A stretch of DNA of 64,000 bases from contig JAZLJP010000010.1 of assembly GCA_045617985.1 (NCBI GenBank), positions 9,961-73,960 of the forward strand. The letters are read 5' to 3'. Below are positions 56,970 through 64,000 of this stretch, in pieces (positions within the stretch are counted from its first letter, which is position 1; each line of letters begins with the position of its first letter). This stretch comes from Kiritimatiellia bacterium. Its GTDB lineage: Bacteria > Verrucomicrobiota > Kiritimatiellia > RFP12 > UBA1067. The position numbers were made by a program, and so were the translations under genes. The notes beneath the pieces were generated by a model. That model was given only the letters and a program-made list of their open reading frames with translations, searched no databases and was not told the origin of the DNA.

Positions 56970-58790
56970 TCAGCGCCGCGGCATCGTGAAGATGTCGTAG
57001 AACTTCTTCACGTTGAACTTGGGCGTACGGTCGTAGTAGTAGACGCCGTTCTCCTCCTGCTCAACGTCCGTAAGCTGCGTGTAGCAGAAACCGGTGATCC
57101 GCGGGCTCGACATGATGATCTCCACCTCGTCCTTGAGGATCTTGAAGAACTCGTCTTCGGTCTTGATGCCGCGCCCATAGCCCCAGGTGTTGTCGGCCGC
57201 ACGGCGCTCCGGCGGCACCCAGCCGAGACCGCCGAACTCGTCGATCATGTAGGGCTGGCCGGTGTAGACGTGATAGGGCACGTTCTTCCACTCCTTGCGC
57301 ATGCAGTAGACGTCCGGCGCCTTGACGTCGATTTCCCGCAGCTTCGGCGCGCGCGCATAGTTGTGGATCGTCCAGAGGTCGGTCTTCGCATGCAGGTCGC
57401 CGCTCGCGCTGTTGACGGGGCGGGTGGGGTCGATCACCTTGGCGAGGTCGTAGGCGTCGTTCTGGAGACGCTGGTGCTGAACAAGGTCGCTCGTCTTCCA
57501 GGTTTCGTTGAACGGCGTCCAGGCGACGATCGAGGGATGGTTGCGGTCGCGGCGGACGATTTCACCCCACTCGGTGATGAAGTTGCGGCCGTCTTCGATC
57601 TGGTTGGGATCGCAACCCCAGCTGGAGCTTTCGCCCCAGGTGATGTAGCCGAGCTTGTCCGCCCAATAGTGGAAACGTTCCTCGAACACCTTCTGATGGA
57701 GGCGCGCGCCGTTGAAGCCGGCCGCCATCGACATCTCGATGTCGTGCCTGAGCGCGGCGTCGCTGGGCGCCGTCCAGATGCCGTCGGGGTAGAAGCCCTG
57801 GTCGAGCACCAGGCGCTGGAACACCGGCTGGTCGTTGATGCAGATCCAGCCCTCGGAAACGGACACCTTGCGCAGGCCCGCATAGCTCTTGACCGTATCG
57901 CACACCTTGCCGTCCGCACCGACCACCTCGAACACGATGTCGTAGAGGTAGGGCTTGCCGGGGAACCACAGCTTCGGATTCTGCACCGGCACCGCCATCG
58001 CAACGCCGGAAACGGCCCGCGTTTCCTTGGAGCCCACCACCTTGCCCTCGGCGTCTTTCACCGTGGCGCGGAAGGTCTTCGCGAGCGTACGGCCCGGGCG
58101 GAACGCCGGCGTGAAGACGAACTGCGAATTGTCGACGTCGGGCACGATGAAGCAATCCGCCAAACCGCACGGCGCAACGGCTTCGAGCCACACCGTCTGC
58201 CAAATGCCGGTCGTACGCGTATAGGAGCAGCCGCGGCTCTTGAAGTCCGAGCACTGCTTGCCGCGCGGCTGATGGGAGTTGCCCTTCGTCTCGTCCTTGA
58301 TGCGCAGCACGAGATCGTATTCCTTGCCGGCCTCGACGTAGGGCGTGAGATCGACCGTGAACGAAACGGTGCCGCCGAAGTGGAAGGCGATCGAGCGGCC
58401 ATTCAGGAAGATTTCGCATTCGTAGTCCACCGCGCCGAAATGGAGCAGCACGTCGCGGCCCTTCCAGTCGCCGGGCACCGCAAGCTTGCGGTGATACCAC
58501 ATCGCGGGGATGAAGTCCTTGTAGTTGACGCCGGAGAGCGGCGATTCGGGGCAGAACGGCACGTTGATCTTCTTATCGAAACCCGTGGACCGATGAAGCT
58601 CGCGCCCCGCGTCGCGGCCGGACTTGCCGAAGTCGAACGCATACGTCCACGCGTCGCCGTTGAGGTTAATCCAGCTCGCACGCTCGAACTGGGGTTTCGG
58701 ATGCTCCGGACGCGGGATTGCGCCGAAGAGTCCACCCGCCACGACCGCCGCCGCAAGGGCCGCCGTCCACCGAATGCCTTGATGTTTCAT
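56970..58790 (-). CDS. Glycoside hydrolase family 2
   Basis: PRPEHPKPQF, LHFGAVDY, TGIWQTVWLE, LDQGFYPDG, NHPSIVAWTPFNE, IDEFGG, YTQLTDVEQE. Confidence 0.93.
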   Translation of the reverse strand: MKHQGIRWTAALAAAVVAGGLFGAIPRPEHPKPQFERASWINLNGDAWTYAFDFGKSGRDAGRELHRSTGFDKKINVPFCPESPLSGVNYKDFIPAMWYHRKLAVPGDWKGRDVLLHFGAVDYECEIFLNGRSIAFHFGGTVSFTVDLTPYVEAGKEYDLVLRIKDETKGNSHQPRGKQCSDFKSRGCSYTRTTGIWQTVWLEAVAPCGLADCFIVPDVDNSQFVFTPAFRPGRTLAKTFRATVKDAEGKVVGSKETRAVSGVAMAVPVQNPKLWFPGKPYLYDIVFEVVGADGKVCDTVKSYAGLRKVSVSEGWICINDQPVFQRLVLDQGFYPDGIWTAPSDAALRHDIEMSMAAGFNGARLHQKVFEERFHYWADKLGYITWGESSSWGCDPNQIEDGRNFITEWGEIVRRDRNHPSIVAWTPFNETWKTSDLVQHQRLQNDAYDLAKVIDPTRPVNSASGDLHAKTDLWTIHNYARAPKLREIDVKAPDVYCMRKEWKNVPYHVYTGQPYMIDEFGGLGWVPPERRAADNTWGYGRGIKTEDEFFKILKDEVEIIMSSPRITGFCYTQLTDVEQEENGVYYYDRTPKFNVKKFYDIFTMPRR

Positions 58791-58847
58791 CTCGTTCTGT
58801 CAACCTTTCTGCTTATCCTGGGACCTTATGTCCCCGTTGTTGAAGTA

Positions 58848-58856
58848 ATTATATCA
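58848..58856 (-). promoter_or_regulatory. Extended -10 element upstream of GH2 operon
   Basis: TGATATAAT about 57 nt upstream of ATG 58790. Confidence 0.5.
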
Positions 58857-58895
58857 AAAATCGCCTGTTAATGGTAGCGTCAAACGTCCATCCCC

Positions 58896-60302
58896 CTATT
58901 CGAACGTGAAGGATTGGCCGGGAACGGGGGCGACCGCTTTCGGGCAGCCGTGCTCTTCGAGGAGCGCGGCCATCGCGGAGACCTTTTCGGGTTCGCCGTG
59001 GACGGCGAAGGCGCATTTGACGTTCTTCTTCACGCCGTCAAACCAATCCATCAGCCCGTTCTTATCGGCGTGCGCCGAGAGGGCGTTGATCGTATGGACG
59101 CTTGCCTTGAGCTCCACCTCTTCGCCGAGGATCCTGATCTTGTCGCCATACTCCGCCTCGATGATGCGCCGGCCAAGCGTGTTCTCCGCCTGGAAGCCGA
59201 CAATCAGGACGATGTTACGCGGATCGTCGACATTCGCCTTGAGGTGATGCAACACGCGCCCGCCTTCGCACATGCCGCTCGCGGCAATGATGATCATCGG
59301 TCCGCGCAGATCGTTCAGCGCCATCGACTGCTGCGGCGTTTCCACGAACTGGAGGCCCGGGAATGTGAGCGGATTGATGCCGCTGTTGATGAGCGCAAGC
59401 GCTTCGGCGTTGTAGCAGCCCGGATGATTTTCGTAAATGCGCGTCGCCTTCTGCGACAAGGGCGAATCGATATAGACCGGAATCGGATAGATCCGCTTCG
59501 ACGCGAGCAGACGGTTCAGATAATAGAGGATCTGCTGCGTACGGCCCACCGAAAAGGCCGGGATGATGAGCTTCGACTTCTGGCGCACGATCTGGTCGAA
59601 GAACGCCTTCAGGCGCCCTTCAACGTCGCCCGCCGAAGGATGCAGCCGATCGGCATACGTCGATTCGATGAGCACAATATCCGCATCCTGCGGATACTCG
59701 TAGTGCCGGAGAATCGGCTGGTTCGGCTGGCCGAGGTCGCCGGAGAAGAGCAGCCGGTGGCGATGCCCCGTCTTGCCGCCGTCGAAATCGAGTTGGGTGA
59801 GCGCAGAGCCGAGAATATGCCCCGCGTTGTAGAACGTGAGCGTGATGCCGGGAAAGATCTCCCGCGGCGCCTTCATGTGCACCGGCACCATGTGCCCCAT
59901 CAGCGCATCGACGTCCTCCTCCTCATAAAGCGGCTCGAAGAGACGCTTGCCCTGCGCACGGCGCTTCTTGTTCACGTATTCGAGGTCGCGCTTCTGGAGG
60001 AAGCAGGAGTCCTTCAGGAGCACCGCGCAGAGAGCGACGGTGGACTCGCGGGCGAACACCTTCCCGCGGAACCCATGCCGCACGAGCTGCGGCAGGTTGC
60101 CCGAATGGTCGATGTGCGCGTGGGAGAGGATCACCGCGTCGATCGTCGCCGGATCGAACGGCAGGTTCCGGTTCTTCTCGAACGCCTCCTTGCGGTGCCC
60201 TTGATAGAGACCGCAATCGAGGAGAATGCGTTTCCCGTTCGCTTCGACAAGATGCATCGAGCCCGTCGTGGTTTGAGCCGCACCGTAGAATGTAATCTTC
60301 AT
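58896..60302 (-). CDS. MBL-fold beta-CASP ribonuclease
   Basis: LLDCG, SHAHIDHSG, AGHILGS, ESTY, PAFSVGRTQ, ASGMCEGGR, SAHAD, VHGE. Confidence 0.93.
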   Translation of the reverse strand: MKITFYGAAQTTTGSMHLVEANGKRILLDCGLYQGHRKEAFEKNRNLPFDPATIDAVILSHAHIDHSGNLPQLVRHGFRGKVFARESTVALCAVLLKDSCFLQKRDLEYVNKKRRAQGKRLFEPLYEEEDVDALMGHMVPVHMKAPREIFPGITLTFYNAGHILGSALTQLDFDGGKTGHRHRLLFSGDLGQPNQPILRHYEYPQDADIVLIESTYADRLHPSAGDVEGRLKAFFDQIVRQKSKLIIPAFSVGRTQQILYYLNRLLASKRIYPIPVYIDSPLSQKATRIYENHPGCYNAEALALINSGINPLTFPGLQFVETPQQSMALNDLRGPMIIIAASGMCEGGRVLHHLKANVDDPRNIVLIVGFQAENTLGRRIIEAEYGDKIRILGEEVELKASVHTINALSAHADKNGLMDWFDGVKKNVKCAFAVHGEPEKVSAMAALLEEHGCPKAVAPVPGQSFTFE

Positions 60303-60346
60303 AGAAGAGTCCTCCTTGTACGTGTCAGTTGTTGACTGGACTGAAA

Positions 60347-61765
60347 TCAGATTTTCACGAACTGAGTGGCCAGCGGCGCTCCGCGCCTACCATGTGACGA
60401 AACAGGCGTCACCAGGAAACCGACTTCCGTCGTACCGGCCGGTACCGCCGAAAACGCGATCTTCTTTTCCAGCGGCGCTGTCCGCAACTTGTGCGTCGGC
60501 TCGTAGGCGTAGTCCGGCGCACGAAGGCCGAGTCCCTCGCGAATGACCCGGCCGACACGGTTGACCATCTGGATGTCGTAGTCATAGGCACGGGCTTTGG
60601 CAGCCGTCGCGGTCGGGAATCTGAGTTTGAAAACGCCCTTCGTCTGCTTCTGGTTCGGTTTCGGCTTCTCCGGCACAAGGGCCTCGTCGTCACACGCAAG
60701 CGTGACGCATGCGCCTTCTGCGAATGCCGGCGCTCCAAGGGCCTTGGCGCGCGTCTTGAACGCAAACGGTTTCGACTCGGCTGCCGGCAGCGGAATCACC
60801 CAATCGTCGCCGAGGGAATTGTCACGGATGAATTCGCGGCGCTCGATCCGCACATGGTCGTCATAGACGTTGACAAGCATGCCCTGACGCGCGTCGAAAG
60901 GTCCCGAATAGCGAAGCGACGCCGTACCGATCGACGTAAACGCACCCTGCCAAATGTCCTGCTCATTGGTCAACGGAATATGCGAGTGTCCCGAAAAGGC
61001 GATCGCATTCGAGAACGGCGTCAATGCCCGAACCGAACGTCCATCGTCCTGCCCCCACTGTTTCGAACCGCACACCGTGTTCTTGGGGTGCGGATGCTGG
61101 AAGTAGAAGAACGGCTGTTTCGGATCAAATTCCCTGGCATGCTGGGCGAAGAACTCCTCGACGCCCACGATACCGCGCTCCTCGAAGCCGCGGCAGCAGT
61201 CCGCCACCCAGTGTGCACCGACGAACGTGTACCCCTTGACCTCCTTCATCCACACCGGCGCATACGCCTCATGCCAAATGCGCTCCCAGTTGCCCTTGTA
61301 GTCGGTACGCAGAATCTCCTTCGGCCGCCGAACCGGATCCGGGAACACCTTCTCGGCAAACTTGCCGTAGGCAAAGCCTTCCCAGTCATGGTTGCCGTAG
61401 ACGAACAAACGCGTCACCGTACGTCCATCGGGCGCCTTGTCATTCGGGAACACCTTGAACCACGCCGCCGCGACGGCTTCCATTTCCTTGACCATGCCAT
61501 GGTCGGCGATATCACCGGCGATCATCACCGCGTCCACTCCCTGGTCGCGGAACCACTCGAGCGTATGGATGAACGTCTTCGTGTCGTTGGGCTCATAGAG
61601 GCCCACACCCTTGTCACTCAGGCGCACGTGCACATCGCTCACCACGCCGAACTTGAGCTTTGGCGTACCGCTCACAATCCCCGGCAGGAACCGACAACCG
61701 TTGAACGCGCCAAAAGCGCCGAACGCACCTGCTCCGGCCAAAAAGAAACGGCGAGAAACATTCAT
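60347..61765 (-). CDS. Tat-exported calcineurin-like metallophosphoesterase
   Basis: SRRFFL Tat motif; SDVH, AGD, GNHD, HPH, GHSH. Confidence 0.9.
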   Translation of the reverse strand: MNVSRRFFLAGAGAFGAFGAFNGCRFLPGIVSGTPKLKFGVVSDVHVRLSDKGVGLYEPNDTKTFIHTLEWFRDQGVDAVMIAGDIADHGMVKEMEAVAAAWFKVFPNDKAPDGRTVTRLFVYGNHDWEGFAYGKFAEKVFPDPVRRPKEILRTDYKGNWERIWHEAYAPVWMKEVKGYTFVGAHWVADCCRGFEERGIVGVEEFFAQHAREFDPKQPFFYFQHPHPKNTVCGSKQWGQDDGRSVRALTPFSNAIAFSGHSHIPLTNEQDIWQGAFTSIGTASLRYSGPFDARQGMLVNVYDDHVRIERREFIRDNSLGDDWVIPLPAAESKPFAFKTRAKALGAPAFAEGACVTLACDDEALVPEKPKPNQKQTKGVFKLRFPTATAAKARAYDYDIQMVNRVGRVIREGLGLRAPDYAYEPTHKLRTAPLEKKIAFSAVPAGTTEVGFLVTPVSSHGRRGAPLATQFVKI

Positions 61766-61811
61766 GTTTTAACCCTCCTTTATTTCCGTGGATTTCAAAA
61801 AAACCAACACC

Positions 61812-62378
61812 TCAAAAGCCCAGCTCTTCGTCCACCAAGACGACTTCCGCGTCGATGCCCGTGGGCTTGCGATCGAAGATCACCGTGACCTTGCACATGC
61901 GGCCGGCCGAGTTGCAATCCGCACACGCGCCCGTCGCGCACGGCGTATCCTTGCCGAGGCGGCGCGCGTTCGGCGGGCAGGCGCAGCGCTTGATGCGCGC
62001 AATCGCGTCGTCAAGGCCGCCCGCGACGAGTTTATTGCGGCCCACCACGTACACCACCTTCTTCGGGCCGTAGATGGACGCCGCCACGCGGTTACCCGTG
62101 CCGTCGATGTTGACGATGCGTCCATCGGCCGTAATTGCGTTCGCGCTCAGGAGGAAGAGGTCCACGGCGCTCTTCCGCTCCGGCGCCTTCCCGCACGCGG
62201 CGAGCGCGGCCGGGATGCCGAGCGCCTTCAAGGTCTCGCTCCCCCCCTGCCCGATCGATGCCGCCGCCTCGGCCGCCTTCAAGACATGCGCCTTCGCTTC
62301 CGCGCCTGTCGCACAGCACGTCACCGTAAATCCGCGCCGCGCAAGCGCCGCCGCCACATTTTCAATCGCTTCGTTCAT
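61812..62378 (-). CDS. LUD-domain (lactate utilisation-like) protein
   Basis: GGSETL, SANAIT.DG.IVNIDGTGNRVAA, GRNK, Cys cluster CPPN...PC.TG.C.DC....MC. Confidence 0.88.
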   Translation of the reverse strand: MNEAIENVAAALARRGFTVTCCATGAEAKAHVLKAAEAAASIGQGGSETLKALGIPAALAACGKAPERKSAVDLFLLSANAITADGRIVNIDGTGNRVAASIYGPKKVVYVVGRNKLVAGGLDDAIARIKRCACPPNARRLGKDTPCATGACADCNSAGRMCKVTVIFDRKPTGIDAEVVLVDEELGF

Positions 62379-62403
62379 GTTCTTCTCTCTTTCTTAAAAT
62401 CGT

Positions 62404-64000
62404 CTATCGCAACAGGATCGTGATACCTGTGTAGAAGTAGAGGCCGTCCGGTCTCGAAACGAGATGTCCGTCACGCCGGCCAAGGCGAATCGGTACAAAC
62501 TTCACATCTGTCGGCTGCACATTCCACGAGATGACCTTACGCTCGGGGAATTTGACATTGGCCCCGAGATCGACCGTCACGAGCGCCCCTTCGGCGAACG
62601 TCGTCTGGAACGTCACCGGGGTTCCGTCGGACCGGAGATTGTCCAAGCTCAAGGTCGACCACGGGAACTCCGTGCGTCCCGAAAGATCGAGCGTCGAACC
62701 ATTCTGCATCTGGATGGGCGGGAAGTAGTCCGTCTCCGGCGTAAACGTGCCGAACACCTTCGTCGTCGCGCTGCTCCAGCCCCAGAGGCCCGTATTGCGC
62801 GTAATGAGGTTGCGGCAGCTGAGGTCGCCCTTGATTTCGAGATTCGCACCGAGGTCGAAATCAATGCCCGGCGCCGTGATCGACGAACTGGCCGGAATCT
62901 GGAACCGTCCCTGCCCCGGCAGCACCACGATCTTGCCCGTATTGGGCGGATCCAAAACCGCGAGCGACGTCAACATCAAATACCGCGTGTCGCGAATCGT
63001 CGCCGTCAGCGTATGACCATTCATGTTCTTGAGGTTCTGAATCTGGGCCGTGCCATCGCCACCGCTGAAGAAGGAATCGGCCGACAATTCAAGGACGCAG
63101 TTGAACTGTTCCGAAAGGCCCACGACCGTCCCCCCATGGAGGTCCACCGTATGCCACCCCCAGCCCTTCTTCGTATTGAGGTCGAGCGAAGCGCCGGTTT
63201 CAATGACGAGCGTTCCCACGCCGCCGACAAAATTCTTGCCGTACCCGCCGAACGGGTTGTTGGTCATGCCGCTCGTATTCGGGCGCAGCGTGCCGGCAAG
63301 AACCGTGGTGCCGCCCGTATACGGCTGGTTCGCCCGCGTGGCGATGAAGAGCCCCGCGCCTTCCTTCACGAGTTTGAGGTTGCCGTCGAGCACGATCTGC
63401 GTGTTGTTGAAGGTCGCCCCCGTCGGCACGTCCACATGCAGTTCGCCCGGCTCATGCACCGAGGTATCCGTGCAGGTCCACGCTACCGACGTCGTCTCGT
63501 TCTGCCCCGTCATGAACAGCTTGTGGCCCTTGAGATCGACCGTTCGGCCGGCGAAGCCCGTGAACACGCGGATGCCGCGCCAGTCGCAATCGCCCGTAAG
63601 CTGCACGTCGCCATCGAGAACAATGCCCACCCAGTCGGTTTCCGCAGGGCAGGAAATGCAGAGCGGCCCCGCGAGATGAACCGTGGCATGCACGCCCGGC
63701 AAACCATTCGCCACCACGCGGTTCGCGGCATTCGAGCAGGCCCAGTTGGCGGGATTGGTCACATCGTCCGTTCCGGCCGCCCCCGTCCAATGGGCATTGA
63801 CGACCACCTTCGAATCCGGATCGTCCGCGAACGACTGCGTCCAGATTTCGATCTTCGCCACTTCATAGGCATCGGCCCAGAATCTCTCGTAACCGGCACG
63901 ATCGGAGGATGCCGTGAACGTCCAGTCCGTCGAACCGAACACGTTGTTCGCGAAGTTGCCAAGGCCGATTTCGTAGGGTCCCGACGTGAACCGATTGAAC
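62404..64000 (-). CDS. Large secreted protein, third paralog of 16428/22799 family (5' end outside window)
   Basis: Frame open to window edge; NWACSN, CDWRG, GELHVDVP, LVKEGAGLFIATRANQPYTGGTTVLAG; ends GLYFYTGITILLR. Confidence 0.88.
   Translation of the reverse strand, partial: FNRFTSGPYEIGLGNFANNVFGSTDWTFTASSDRAGYERFWADAYEVAKIEIWTQSFADDPDSKVVVNAHWTGAAGTDDVTNPANWACSNAANRVVANGLPGVHATVHLAGPLCISCPAETDWVGIVLDGDVQLTGDCDWRGIRVFTGFAGRTVDLKGHKLFMTGQNETTSVAWTCTDTSVHEPGELHVDVPTGATFNNTQIVLDGNLKLVKEGAGLFIATRANQPYTGGTTVLAGTLRPNTSGMTNNPFGGYGKNFVGGVGTLVIETGASLDLNTKKGWGWHTVDLHGGTVVGLSEQFNCVLELSADSFFSGGDGTAQIQNLKNMNGHTLTATIRDTRYLMLTSLAVLDPPNTGKIVVLPGQGRFQIPASSSITAPGIDFDLGANLEIKGDLSCRNLITRNTGLWGWSSATTKVFGTFTPETDYFPPIQMQNGSTLDLSGRTEFPWSTLSLDNLRSDGTPVTFQTTFAEGALVTVDLGANVKFPERKVISWNVQPTDVKFVPIRLGRRDGHLVSRPDGLYFYTGITILLR

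Noticed and set aside
1-64000. tRNA/rRNA genes, IS elements, integrases, reverse transcriptase or DGR
   Set aside because: No cloverleaf, rRNA, transposase, recombinase or RT motifs and no long TR/VR-like repeat pair were recognised by eye.

Overview
GC-rich bacterial chromosomal segment in which every credible gene (~45) lies on the minus strand; the long plus-strand ORFs are antisense shadows. The style of the secreted proteins suggests a PVC-superphylum organism such as a Kiritimatiellia (inference). Core genes: gatC-gatA-[secretin]-gatB-nadK-rnc(partial); trmH-family-nfnB/gltD-like-bamD-lptE-fused ahbAB; a beta-CASP nuclease; a 5-formyl-THF cyclo-ligase fusion. Many carbohydrate-active genes are present (GH28, GH2, GH88, heparinase II/III-like, two GH27/36-like, GT4, GT87-like, polysaccharide deacetylase, rhaT). 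The most unusual content is: (1) three copies, in different states of decay, of an apparent polymorphic effector/immunity cassette (10920-14850, 37698-38766, 50572-54369), in which a GC-rich N-terminal part is joined to an AT-richer variable C-terminus (unknown domain; HExxHxxGxxD metalloprotease; Cys-His-Asp transglutaminase-like) and followed by a coupled signal-peptide gene; (2) a family of large barrel-less autotransporter-like proteins sharing a C-terminal ...GLx4-G-x2-[IL]-x2-R motif that looks like a sorting signal; (3) simple-sequence repeats inside promoter spacers ((ATG)5 and G9) upstream of these surface/secreted loci; (4) a GGGGAC[A/T]GTCCCC palindromic repeat family that brackets cassette 1; (5) a secretin gene wedged into the gatCAB operon. 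No rRNA, tRNA, CRISPR array, transposase or integrase was recognised.
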